Assembly (NCBI RefSeq): GCF_963921235.1 | Contig: NC_086097.1 | Location: forward strand, 225,620,001-225,684,000 | Direction of reading: 5' to 3' | DNA from: Mobula hypostoma | Taxonomy: Eukaryota | DNA length: 64,000 nt | Shown: piece after piece, positions 25,180-37,767 of the stretch | Position numbering within the stretch: position 1 is the stretch's first letter | Layout of the letters: every line of letters starts with the position of its first letter | Notes under the pieces: model-generated | What the model was told of the DNA's origin: nothing | The model's database searches: none | Seen by the model: the letters and a program-made list of their open reading frames with translations, nothing else | Made by a program: the position numbers and the translations under genes

Positions 25180-25770
25180 ACGCATACTTTATTCATCCAA
25201 AAGGAAATTACAGTGTCACAGTAGCATTACAAGTGCACAGTTAGAAACATTCAAAGAGATGGAGAAAGAATAAAAAATAAGTTACCCCAAACAGTCTAAC
25301 AGGAGGGGGCCCATCACTTCCTCGGCTCCAGGTTGATTCATTACAGAGCCTAATGCCAAGGGTAAGAATGACCTCATAAAGCACTTTTTGGAGGATCGCA
25401 GTTGTCTTAGTCTATTACTAAAAGTACTCTTCGAAATGTGTTCAGGCAAGGTGAGAAACAGTATCCAGAATTGCCTGGGTTTTCCTTAGGGTCATTTGTT
25501 CTACCACAGCTTTCAGTGTGATCATTTTGACTCCTACAACAGACCCAGCCTTTCTCATCAGTTTATTGAGCCTGTTGGCATCACCAATTTTGATGCCATT
25601 GCCCCAGCATGGCACCATATAGAAGGTTGTACTGGTGATGACAGACTGGTAGAACATGTGAAGGACAGGCCTACATAGTCTGAAGGACCTCAGTCTCCTT
25701 TGGAAGTAGAGATGACTCTGGCCCTTCTTGTACACAGCCCCTGTGTTGATGCTCCACTCAAGTCTGAACA
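25180..25770 (-). mobile_element. Rex1/Babar LINE 3' end
   Basis: LEWSINTGAVYKKGQSHLYFQRRLRSF...FYQSVI; 3' UTR shared with 58660-59015. Confidence 0.85.
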
Positions 25771-26339
25771 CTGAACTGATTCCAGACCTATGGGCTCACT
25801 TTCAAGCATTCTACAATTCATGAGCTCAGTTTTAATAAATAAATAAATAAATTAGTATTATTATTACTTGTTTTTTGTGTTGGCAGTTTATCTTCTTTTA
25901 CACATTTGTTGATTGTTAGTCTTTGTGTGTAGTTTTTCATTGATTCTATTGTATTTATTGTGTTCCACTGTAACTGCTTGCAAGAAAGTGAATGTCAGAG
26001 CCGTATGTGGTGACATAAAGTTATGTTGACTATTGAACTTTGAACACAGACCCAGGTGAAGCAGTCTGATGGCAGGTTCGACACTAGCTCCAAAAATAAA
26101 AAAGTATCAATCAGCCAGGGAGCAACTTAACTGTATGAGGACCTACCTATTCCTGCTGAAACCTCAGTGGTGGTGGGTTACTCTGAGGGGTCTCATTGGA
26201 GACAGCTATTCCAGTTATCCACCTACTGAAACTAGCTTGATGTATTCCTGAACTACTGACTGCAAGGTACTACAAATGTCTCAGACAGAGCCCAGGAAAG
26301 ACTCTAAGCCAAACAAGTTGAGTTCACTACCTTTACGGA

Positions 26340-26775
26340 TAGAACTTAGGAAGACTAAAATAAAATATGAGAAGGAGCTGATGGACAAAGTGATGCAAAA
26401 ATCCCAAGAAGTTCTATAATATACTAAGAGTAAACTTGTTGGCGGTGAAAGTATAGGCTCTCTTAAGGATCAGTGAGGCCATCTGTATGTGGAACCAAAC
26501 TAAATGGATGAAATTTTTAATTAATATTTCTCTTTAGTTTTACTGTGGAAAAAAACGAAGAAAACTAAAGAGATGGAGAAAATTAGGTGGATATGTCTCC
26601 TGGGCATGACCTGGTGCATTCTCGAACCTTGTGGGAAGCTAGAGAAAAAATTGAGGAGTCTCTTGCATAAATTCTTGATCATCTCTAGTCACTGAGGAGG
26701 TTCTGGAGGACTGAAAAGTGGCTGAGTTTGTACCATTGTTTAAAAAGGGTTGCAAAAACAAACCAGGAAGCTAGC
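26340..26775 (+). mobile_element. Decayed CR1 ORF2 fragment
   Basis: NPKKFY, YFSLVFTVE and EVLED*KVAEFVPLFKKG segments. Confidence 0.7.
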
Positions 26776-27690
26776 AAAGACAAGGTATATGTAACTGCTT
26801 TACACTGGTTCCAGGCAAATGGAAGTTGTCAGAATGGGGAGTTCCTGGTAGCTGGCTGACACAGCAGCATGGGCATCCCAAGCATCAAAGTACTGTTCAC
26901 CAGTAGAAGTGTCTGCACTCTCCTCACTCTGCTCATCCTGTTCCTTCATACTACATCATGAGTCATGAGTGCCAAATGCCTTCAGATTTCAATACTGCCA
27001 ACATTGTATAGAGTACACAGACTGGAACCATCATTCCAGAGACTCATGCAGGAATATATTGAAAGGCATCCCTGTACAAATATAGCACATGCTCAACATT
27101 ACAGTGGCTTTGGGTAAGTTGCTTCTGGAACTTATCACCTGGGCGCCTCATCTAGGTCACAAACACACTCACAATAGTCAATTGGATGGACAACACATGT
27201 GACAACTGTTGTAGTGTAAGCAAGCTTGATGCAGTTGAGAACTACTGACCTTGAGACCCTACAGCTGTCTCAGGCAGAGCCCAGGAGATGATTCTGACAA
27301 AGGTTTTGGTCACCTTCACAATCATTGTTAGAATGTTTACCATACCAACAGGAAAAGCTGGTAGCAGGTGTCTGCTACTAACTGTTGTGATATCACGAAC
27401 CTATTCAGATACTGGCCTAGAAATTCTTGAGTTGTCCATCATAGCCCTCTCCACCTACCTAGATTTTCCCAGAAGGAGCAGCAATCATCTCAAAGTGGTC
27501 AGAAGGAGCGCAATGTGAAAACTACGACTCTAAACCGCGGAAAGGAAAATGCAATTTTCAAATGACTCAGTACAAATCCCAGAAAAATGTCCAACTAACT
27601 TCCCTGAACCAGAAGTAAACACAATCCCCAAAGTAAATCTTATACAGAATCACTCTGACAAACAGCAATGAGGCTGATTATTTTCCTGTC

Positions 27691-27880
27691 AGCAAAAAAC
27701 AAACTGATGGAGGAACTCAGCAGGTCAAGTAGCATCTATGGAGACCAAAAAATGGTCAATGTTTGAAGACTCAAATATTAACCATTGCTTTGCCTCCACA
27801 GATGCTACTTGACCTACTGAGTTCCTCCAATAATTTGTATTTGCTTCAGATGCCAACATCTGTAGTGTCTTGTGTCTCTG
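27691..27880. repeat. Head-to-head inverted pair of PLE termini (hairpin)
   Basis: GGAGGAACTCAGCAGGTCAAGTAGCATCT at 27709-27737 pairs with AGATGCTACTTGACCTACTGAGTTCCTCC at 27800-27828. Confidence 0.85.
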
Positions 27881-27929
27881 TTTTTTTGACAGTGTGGTTT
27901 TCCTAATGAGTTTTTTTAAGGTCAAGAAA

Positions 27930-29468
27930 CTGAGTTCTGCAACACTTCTCATGCCCTCGACCTTCTCAGTAACTGTCAATTCCCTGGCCATGACTGCCTC
28001 ATCTTAACCATGAATGTTCAGTCCCTATACACTTTCTATCCCCCATCAAGAAAGCCTCAATGCTCTCTGCTTCTTTGTTGACAAAAGGACCAACCACACA
28101 CCCTCCACCACCACCCTCCTCCAGAACTGGTCCTTAGCCTGAACAATTTTTCCTTCAGCCCCTTCCCACTTTCTTCAAACCCAAGTGAGACCCTTGGGTA
28201 CTCGCATGGGCCCAAACTATGCCTGCCTCTTCATTGTCTATGTAGAATAGTCTGTATTCAAAGCTTTCCTCGGTTATACTCCTTAACTCTTCCTCTGTTG
28301 TATTGATTTTTGCATTGGCGCTGCTTTAGGCACCTATGCCAAGTTTGTCAATTTCATCAATATTGCTTCCAACTTCCACCCTGCCCTTAAATTCACTTGG
28401 AACATCTCTGATACCTCCTTTTTCCTCTCTTACTCCATCTCTGGAGACAAATTGTCAACCAACATCTTTTATAAACCTACTGATTCCCATAGCCATCTCG
28501 GCTATACCTCTTCCAAGTATCTCTTCTGAAAATGCTATTCCCTTTTCTCAGCTTCTTCACCTCCACCACATCCATTCCCAAGATGCTACTTTGCATTCCA
28601 GGACATCAGAAATATCCTCTTTCTTTAAAGAATGGGGTTTCCCTCCCTCTACTATTGATGCTGCCTTCATCTGCCTCTCCTCTATTTCCCATACAGCTGC
28701 GCTCGCCCACTGCTGTAGTGGTGATAGAGTCCCTCTTGTTTTTACCTACCACCCCATCAGTCTCCTCATCCAACACATTAAACTCCGCAACTTCCCCATC
28801 TGTAAAGGGTCCCTACCACTAAACATATCTTTACCCCCCCCCCTTCTGCTTTCCGTTCCCTCCGTTTGTTCCTTGGCCGTTCATCCCTTCCTATTAATCT
28901 TCCTCAAAGTGGCCTAACTGCTGCACCTGCCCGTACACCTCCTCCCTCACTTCCATTTAAGGGCCCAAACAGTCCTTCCAGACGAGGCAACACCTGTGAA
29001 TCTGTTATGGTCATCTATTGTATCCGGTGCTCCTGATGATGGTGTCCTCTACTATGATGAGACTCGTCGTAAATTTGGGGACCAGTTCGTTGAGCACCTC
29101 TGCACCACCTGTCACAAGCGAGATTTCCTAGTGTCCAAACATTTTCATTCGCGTTCCAGTTCTGATGTGTTGATCCATGGCCAAACTCTCCTGTCATGAT
29201 GATGCCACCCTCCGGATGGAGAAGCAACATCTTGTATTCCATCAGAGTGCTCTCCAAACTGATAGTATGAATATTAATTTCTCCTGGTGAACAAAACTAC
29301 CCCCCCACTATTCACCACTCTGACCTTTCACTTCTTTTCACCTGCCTATTACTCGCTCCTGGGTCCCTGCCTCCTTTCCTTTCTCCTGATGTCCACTCTC
29401 CTCTCCTATCAGATTCTTTCTTCTCCAGCTCTTAAATCATGTTCTAGACCTCCAGCTACTTTCTCTCA
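27930..29468 (+). mobile_element. Penelope-like element RT plus GIY-YIG, decayed
   Basis: NVQSLYT, LGTRMGPNYACLFIVYVE, FYKPTDSHSHL, SQLLHLHHIHSQD, LYYDETRRKFGDQFVEHL. Confidence 0.9.
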
Positions 29469-29477
29469 CATACACAA

Positions 29478-29527
<50 letters not shown>

Positions 29528-29553
29528 ACATACACACACACACACACACACAC
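29469..29553. repeat. Imperfect (CA)n microsatellite
   Basis: Direct inspection. Confidence 0.97.
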
Positions 29554-29623
29554 ATCACAACACTTTACTACCACATCCCCCCTCCCCCATTCCCCAATGT
29601 AGAATAAAACGCTGAGAACTTTG

Positions 29624-29756
29624 TAAATACAAAGGATTCTGCAAATGCTAGAAATCCAGAAGAACAAACACAAAATGCTGGAGAAAATCAATAGGTCAGG
29701 CAGCATCATAGGAGAGGAATGAACATTTCGGACCGAGACCCTTCATCAGGACCCGA
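29624..29756 (-). mobile_element. Short PLE-terminus insertion with CTGATGA...GAAA motif
   Basis: 9-bp TSD AGAACTTTG (29615-23 and 29757-65); sequence is the reverse complement of the PLE 3' end. Confidence 0.85.
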
Positions 29757-29989
29757 AGAACTTTGATTTTGAACGTTTGACTGACAAAACAGACCAGCTA
29801 GCTGTCTGTTTGGAAGATAAAAGATCTTGAGGTTCTGCCTTTGTCTGTAGTTATCAGTCAAGAGGTAGGCTATTGGTAAGCTGATTGATTTTATTACACT
29901 GACCTCAGTAATTTAGTTGTCCAGGATGTTGCTGTGGACCCGCAGATGCATGGAGGCAGGAGGGATGTTGGGAAAGTTTCTGAGGGTAC

Positions 29990-30780
29990 ATGGAGATAAA
30001 TTGGCCAAAGAATTCCCTGCAGCTCTGAAACAAATCACATTAATACATTTTCTCTTCAAGAGTTGATCAAACAGAAGGCAGGATGGAAAGGAATTGAGTG
30101 TGGGGATATGGGAAATGTAACTTCAAAAGGTGGATTTTTATCTAAGTGGAAAGAAAATGCAAATAACTAAAGTTCAGTGACATCTAGGAGTTCTAGTGCA
30201 TGAATCACAAACAGTTTAGCAGGCAAGTTCATAAGTAGTTAAGAATGCAAATGCCATTTTGGTCTTTATGGCTAAAGGATTAGACTTTAAGAACGGGGAG
30301 ATCTGATGACAGTTCTTACAGGCTGTTGGTCAGGCTATATCTCGAATACTGTACTGGTCACCCACAATTTTAGCCCTCCTACCTAAAGAAAGATATAGTG
30401 TCAATGAAAGAAGTCCAAAGCTAATTCCTGGGATCAGAGGGTTGTTTAATCAAGAGATGCCAAACAATTTGGATTTGTATTCCTCAGAGTTTGGAACAGT
30501 AATGAGTGGCATTCCTCAAACATATTGGATTTAAATGGCTTGACTGGGTAGATATTGAGATGTTTTCATTTATGGGAGAGTCATAAACAAGGGGATGGAG
30601 CTACAAGATAATAACCTGGTTATTTAACATGAGGTGCATGGATTTTTTTTTCTCAGAAATAGCAAATCTCTGCAATTTTCTGCCCTCAGGGGTGGTGGAG
30701 GCCAAATCATAAATATATTTAAGGTTAGGATACATAAATATTTGAAAGTTTGGGGAACTGAATGTTTTGAGCGCAAACGA
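29990..30780 (+). mobile_element. Old CR1-like LINE 3' part
   Basis: DLGVLVHES-like, KNANAILVFM and LVRLYLEYC segments with many stops. Confidence 0.7.
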
Positions 30781-30814
30781 GGAGTTGAGAACAGTACCTT
30801 TGGATTATAATTAT

Positions 30815-31313
30815 ACACTGAAATACTTGTAAAGACCAAAAGACGAACTGCAGGAGTATTGAAGCCTTGATCACCCAGCGTCAGCTGCAGTGGGTGGGGC
30901 ACGTGATAAGGATGCCCCCATGTCGGCTACCCCGCAGAGTGTTATACAGCCGGCTACATCATGGTCAACACTCAGCTGGAAGGCCGAAGAAGCGCTATAA
31001 GGATCAGATGAAGAATGACTTAAGGAAGTGCAAGATCAGACCCGAGGACCTGGAGGATGTTGCTGCTGACCGTACCATGTGGCGACGGCTGTGTAGGGAC
31101 GGGATTCGTATTCTGGAGATGGAAAGAACAACCAGAAGACAGCAGAAGAGAGCCAGGAGAAATGCAGCCATGGTTGCCACCACTACTACATATACATGTC
31201 CCACCTACAATAGAGCTTCTGGGTCCAGGATAGGACTGTATGGTCATCAAAGATCTCATCGTTAAAAGAGTGGACGTCGTCATCGGATTTCGATGGACAA
31301 CCGAAGAAGAAGA
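30815..31313 (+). mobile_element. RTE-clade LINE 3' end
   Basis: SIEALITQRQLQWVGHVIRMPPCRLPRRVLYS...GRPKKRYKD...DRTMWR, degenerate C2H2 TCPTY..SRIGLYGHQRSH, (GAA)n tail. Confidence 0.92.
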
Positions 31314-31917
31314 ATAAAATATGGAATGCTGGGAAAAGTTTTGGGGTATCCTGCTCCTAGTCTGTGTCGTCAAATTATGTACTTGTGTGTCCTCGTGGAT
31401 TAAATATCTCTGCTGTGAACTCCAGATGGTGTGAAGTGTCATCGGTGTGGAGACTATTTGGACACTCAAGTAGATGCTCCAGTCTCTTTAGCAGGGAGTC
31501 TTTGTGAAAGGTAAAGTACATCAGCAGACTGTATTAAACAGGAGACAATGATACCAAGGCCAATGTCACTGAACTGTTAGCACTTATTTTCACAAATGAA
31601 ATTGAACTGATTGAGTAAGCAACATTATGGCAGATAGAGTTCAGTGCCAATAACTACAAGGCCACACACTTAGAGAGGACTAAATAGAATATTTCTTAAT
31701 GGAATATTTCTTAAGACATTGATTTCAAATACACCAAATCTCAAATATGATGTATCACTATTACAGTGGAATTGAAAAAGCATGAGATAGGAGTTAGCAG
31801 AAGTTGATTGGAAGGGGACTAGCAGGGATAACAGCAGAGCAGCAATGACTGGAGTTTCTAGGAGTAATTTGGAAGGTACTGGATAGATACATTCCAAGCA
31901 GAAGAAGTTTCCTAAAG

Positions 31918-34580
31918 TGGCTGAGAGACTGGTGCAGGGAGCAGGGCTTCAGATTCTTGGATAATTGGGATCTCTTCTGGGGGGAAGTATGACCTGTTCA
32001 AAATGGACAGGTTACACCTGAACCCGAAGGGGACCAAAATCCTGGAGGGAAAGTTTAATAGAGCTGTTAGGGAGGGTTTAAACTAATTTGGCAGGGAGAT
32101 GGGAACCGGAATGACAGAGCAGAGGAAGGGGAAAAACAGAAATAAATCTAAGATAGTGAGCAGTAAAGATGTCAGGAAAGACACGCAGGTGATGGGGCAA
32201 ATTTTTAGCCATTGGGATGAGTTGCAGTGGAATAAAGTTGCAGTGAAGTCAAAGCGAAAAGTACCAAATACTAGTCTTAAGGTGTTATACTTAAATGCAC
32301 ACAGCATAAGGAATAAAGCGGATGATCTTGTTGTACAGCTACAGATTGGCAGGTATAATACTGTGGCCATCACTGAGATGTGGCTAAAGGATGCATGTCT
32401 CTGGGAGCTGAACGGCCAAAGATACACAGTGTATCGGAAAGATAGGAAGGTAGGCAGAGGGGGAGGAGTGGTTTTATTGGTAAGAAATGATATTAAATCA
32501 TTAGAAAGAGGTGATATAGGATCAGAAGGTGCAGAATCTTTATGGGTTGAGCTAAGAAATCGCAGGGGTAAAAGGACCCTGATGGCAGTTATTTACAGGC
32601 CTCCAAACAGCTGCAGGGATGTGGACTACAAATTACAACTGGAAATAGAAAAGGCTTGTCAGAAGGGCAGTGTTATGATAATTGTGGAGGATTTTAACAT
32701 GCGAGTGGATTGGGAAAATCAGGTCGGCACTGGGTCTCAAGAGAGAGAATTTGTAGAATGTCTGCGAGATGGCTTTTTAGAACAGCTTGTTGTTGAGCCC
32801 ACTAGGGGATCGGCTGTACTGGATTGGGTATTGTGTAATGAACCGGAGGTGATTAGAGAGATTGAGGTGAAGGAACCCTTAGGAGGCAGTGATCATAACA
32901 TGATTGATTTCACTGTGAAATTTGAAAAAGAGAAGCCGAAATCTGATGTGTCGGTATTTCAGTGGAGTAAAGGAAATTACAGTGGCATGAGAGAGGAACT
33001 GGCCAAAGTTGACTGGAAAGGGACACTGGCGGGAAAGACGGCAGAGCAGCAGTGGCTGGAGTTTATGCGAGGTGAGGAAAGTGCAAGACAGATATATTCC
33101 AAAAAGGAAGGAATTTTCAAATGGAAAAAGGATGCAACCGTGGTTGACAAGAAAAGTCAAAGCCAAGGTTAAAGCAAAGGAGAGGGCATACAAGGAAGCA
33201 AAAATTAGTGGGAAGGCAGAGGATTGGGAAGTTTTTAAAACCTTACAAAAGGAAACTAAGAAGGTCATTAAGAGGGAAAAGATTAACTATGAAAGGAAAC
33301 TAGCAAATTATATCAAAGAGGATACTAAAAGCTTTTTCAAGTATATAAAGAGTAAAAGACAGCTGAGAGTAGATATAGGACCAATAAAAAGTGATGCTGG
33401 AGAAATTGTAATGGGAGATAAGGAGATGGCAGAGGAACTGAACGAGTATTTTGCATCAGTCTTCCGGACACTCAAGGGTGGCAGGGAAGAGAAGTGTGCG
33501 CAGTCACAATTGCGACAGAGAAAGTACTCAGGAAGTTGAATAGTCTAAAGGTAGATAAATCTCCCAGACCAGATGGAATGCACCCGTGTGTTCTGAGGGA
33601 AGTAGCTGTCGAGATTGCGGAGGCATTAGCGATGATCTTTCAAAAGTCGATAGATTCTGGCATGGTTCCGGAGGACTGGAAGATTGCAAATGTCACTCTG
33701 CTATTTAAGGAGGGGGCAAGGAAGCAAAAGGAAATTATACACCTGTTAGCTTGACGTCGGTGGTTGGGAAGTTGTTGGAGTCGATTGTCAAGGATGAGGT
33801 TACAGAGTACCTGAAGGCATATGACAAGATAAGCAGAACTCAGCACGGTTTCCTTAAAGGAAAATCCTGCCTGACAAACCTATTACAATTTTTTGAGGAA
33901 ATTACCAGTAGGCTAGACAAGGGAGATGCAGTGGATGTTGTATATTTAGATTTTCAGAAGGCCTTTGACAAGGTGCCACACATGAGGCTACTTAACAAGA
34001 TAAGAGCCCATGGAATTATGGGAAAGTTACATACGTGGATAGAGCATTGGCTGATTGGCAGGAAACAGAGAGTGGGAATAAAGGGATCCTATTCTGGTTG
34101 GCTGCCGGTTACCAGTGGTGTTCCACAGGGGTCCGTGTTGGGGCCGCTTCTTTTTACATTTTACATCAACGATTTGGATTATGGAATAGATGGCTTTGTG
34201 ACTAAGTTTGCTGATGATACGAAGATAGGTGGAGGGGCCGGTAGTGCTGAGGAAACGGAGAGTCTGCAGAGAGACTTGGATAGATTGGAAGAATGGGCAA
34301 AGAAGTGGCAAATGAAATACAATGTTGGTTATGCACTCTGGCAGAAGAAATAAATGGGCATACTATTATTTAAATGGGGAAATAATTCAAAGTTCTGAGA
34401 TGCAACGGGACTTAGGAGTCCTCATACAGGATATCCTTAAGGTTAACCTCCAGGTTGAGTTGGTAGTGAAGAAGGCGAATGCAATGTTGGCATTCATTTC
34501 TAGAGGAATAGAGTATAGGAGCAGGGATGTGATTTTGAGGCTCTATAAGGCGCTGGTGAGACCTCACTTGGAGTACTGTG
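31918..34580 (+). mobile_element. CR1-like LINE: ORF1 SGNH-esterase C-terminus plus ORF2 (APE endonuclease and RT), 3'-truncated
   Basis: WLRDWCREQGFRFLDNW...DRLHLNPKG (ORF1); LYLNAHSIRNK, ITEMWL, YRPP, SDH, DFQKAFDKV, PQGSVLGP, FADD (ORF2); ends abruptly at RPHLEYCG. Confidence 0.95.
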
Positions 34581-36245
34581 GCCAAAGGATAATGTCTAAG
34601 GATGGGTATGCACCTTGAAAGAAACCCAGGCAGGAATTGTACCAAAAGCACACCTGGTTTTGAGGAACTGACCCTAAAGAACTCTGAAAAGACTCACCAA
34701 CATGTGCATCAGAGTCTCTCTGACTACTTCTCTCAGTGATATGTTGTCAAAAGCACTGGCAACCCCATTGCATGGACATAAAATCCGCATTCTTACAGGG
34801 AATGGAGCTGTCACATGGCATTTACACTAAACCCCTGCCTGAAACCAGAATTGAAGGAATCTTGTGGAAACTCAAAAAGGGGTTTTATGGTCTAGCAGAT
34901 GCATCATTCTACTGGTATAAAAAAGTCAAGGAAATAAAGTTGAAAACAGGTGGAAATGCGTCACGTGGATCTAGCTGTTTTTTACTGTCAAGATTCAGGA
35001 TATCATGTGACTGCAGTACTTGCCTGTCATCTAGATGATTTCATATGGGGAGGCTTAGAAAACTTTGCCACAACTGTTATCCCCCAGCTAAAATCGGCCT
35101 TTCAGGTTGGGTGTGAAGAATATGACAAATACTGCCATGTAGGGATAGACATCCTTGTTGCTGACGGAACAGTACAACTGTACCAAGAAATCTACATCAG
35201 GAATCTTCAGACAATCCACATGGAATCCTCATGTGTCACCCAATGGGATGCACCCCTCAGTGAAGCTGAAGCTGAACAACTTGCGTCAAATATAGGTCAC
35301 ATTCTATGTGTAGCAGGGCAGAGCAGACACCATGTTTGGTGCCGGTAACTTGGCATTCAGCACAAAAAATACCACAGTGCAAACTTTACATGAGGCAAAC
35401 AAGATAGTGTGCAGAATTCAATCTGAAAATGTAGCCCCGAAGCTTTTACAGCTTGGGAAAGATAGCTCACTGAGGTTTGCTGTCTTCAGTGATGCTTCAC
35501 TCGGAAATCTTCCTGATGGAGGTACTCAAGGGGACATTTTATTATACTGACGGGAGAAGAGGGAAGATTTTCACCTCTCTATCGGCAATCAAAAGGGATC
35601 TGAAGAGTTGTATGGAGTCTGCTGGCAGGAGAAACGGTTGCAATGTCTGAAGATATTGTTAATGCTGCTTTCTGACTACACCTTATTCTGAGCTTTTCCA
35701 TGGTGACCCAAAGAAGGACAATCTACAGATAACTTGTGTCATGGACAACTACCCTTTGGATGATGCCATCAAATCCACTAAGTCAGTTATAGACAAAAGG
35801 CTTCATCTAAAGATAAGCAGCATCAAAGAACTTGTTGAAGCACAGAAAAATCATCACATGCTATGGTCAACTACAAAGGAACAATTAGCTGACTGTTTCA
35901 CAAAGAAGGGAGTACCAGCTCTTGTGCTGTTAAAGGCATTTGTACCTTAAGAATTGTATTAACATCAAGAGTTCGAACTAATTTTCATATTATAATAGAC
36001 GTTTGAATGTCTGTTTTTTAATTAAATTTTTAAAATATATACATAAAAAAGATGAGAGATGGTTGAGTTCTCTATGTAAATATTTAGTAGGCATGCACAC
36101 TTTCCTTGTTACCCAAGTGCGTGCCGGTGGAAAAAGGGGAATTTTGATATAAAAAGGTAGCGGTCCTTATGTACTGAACTGAGACGTTGAAAGTAAAATT
36201 GTCTAAACAAAAGAAAAACATGTCTTTTTTGTTTGGGCGTTAACA
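34581..36245 (+). mobile_element. Ty1/Copia LTR retrotransposon remnant (RT-RNase H, PPT, probable short 3' LTR), GalEa-like
   Basis: WVCTLK...KAHLV..FEE, DSPT, DIKSAFLQG, LKKGFYGLADAS, HLDD, FSDAS, QLADCFTK; purine tract 36045-36059 followed by TG...TTAACA. Confidence 0.88.
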
Positions 36246-37767
36246 CTAAGCCCCAGCAGGACCCAAGAGAGATGTTTGCACCAACAATCATTCATCAAGG
36301 AAGTCCTCAGAGCAGCCTTTAAGGAGCAGTGAAACTCCTTGCATTGGCCGTTGGAGTGTGGGTGATATGTTATGGTGTGATGTAGCCTAACACCAAGGTT
36401 CTGGACTATCGCAGCCCAGAGGTCTGATAGGAACTGGGGTCTGCAGTCAGAGAAGATATCAGACGGGGTGCCAAACCGAACAGCCCAAGTGCTGATGAAC
36501 GCCTGAGCCATATCTGTGGTTGTCGTTGACGCTAGAGGGACGACCTCTGGCCACCTGGTGGTACGGTCCACCATGGTTAGGATGTGTGTGAAACCTATGG
36601 GGTGGGAGTAAGAGGACCAACAAGGTCTACATTGACATGATCAAACATCAAACTTGTCACCCAAGGCCCTGAAAAGGTGCCAAAGGCACCTGGATATGAT
36701 GGTTAATTCCTGCTCGATGGCATTCCACAAAGGCTATACTCCAATCACGCACGTCCTTTCTGAGAATGTGCCATACAAACTTCAGTTCAACCAGTCTCTG
36801 TGAGGCCTTCCAGCCAGGATGTGGGAGACACATGTACAGAGTGGGAAACCGTCTGTCTCCAGTTTGCGGGCACAATGGGGGCGAGGGCACCCAGTTAAGT
36901 TATCGCACCGGAGAGAATCCCCAGGTTCCTCAAACTTAATGCCAGCCAACTGCAGGCCCGTGACTGCTGTTCAGTAAGCCTGGACCTCTGCATCAAAAGC
37001 TTGATCAGCTCCCATGCCGGCATAGTCAACCCCCATGTGAATGACCTCAACAGCTGCTGTGAGAGGCAGTCAGCTACGGCCTTACTTTTCCCCTTGATGT
37101 CATATATCATTTGTAAGTTCTGACATGTAGCCTCAATGTCCTTGCTGCCGTGCAGATGAAGAGTCTGATATTTTGGCCATCACGTGCAGGAGGTGTTTGT
37201 GGTCAATGAGCACAGTGAAATGTGACCCACTAGAAGAAAATGAAAATGACGGACAGCCAGATAGAGACCGAGAAGCTCACGGTCAAATGAGCTGTACTTC
37301 CTAGAGGACAGAGCTGTCGGCTGAAGAAGGCGAATAGCTGCCACACACCTCCAACCAACAGCATAGTCTGAAGCGTCAGTAGTAATGGCTATAGATTGGG
37401 GAGCAGATGTGCCAGTAGGGTAGCATTGGAAAGAGCTTGTTTGGTATCATCAAATGCCCTGGTCATGTCCGTTGACCAGTCAAGCACTCGATTACCTTTA
37501 AGTATACTATACAGGGGGAACATATGTTTCACAGCTCATGGAATGAAGCGGTGATAGAAATTCGCCGTGCCTAAAAATTCCTGTCATTTCTTAGTAGTGA
37601 GGGGCAGTGGGAAATCCAGAAGAGCAGCTACTTTTCATGGGAGGGGTTTTGCACCTTCTGTGGTGATGCAATGGCCAAGAATGTCAATGGTTGACAACCC
37701 AAACTGGCATTTAGCGGGGTTAATAATCAACCCGTATCGGCTTAAGTCCTCAAAGTGTACGGAGAAG

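Larger units (their letters stand above)
23705..26045 (+). mobile_element. Rex1/Babar LINE 3' portion (host of hAT and Rex insertions)
   Basis: QKSLQNVVDAAQSI...IEQI continues after 25046 as KDPQHPGHVLF...RFRNSCYP; 3' UTR 25768-26045 ends (TTGAAC)n. Confidence 0.75.

Noticed and set aside
26800..27600. Possible Gypsy integrase C-terminal remnant
   Set aside because: Only vague motif resemblance; cannot be supported by eye.
29287..29709. His/Thr-rich and Cys/Val-rich ORFs
   Set aside because: Translations of the (CA)n microsatellite.
32099..33172. 357-aa ORF as a host gene
   Set aside because: It is the CR1 ORF2 endonuclease region, frameshifted downstream.
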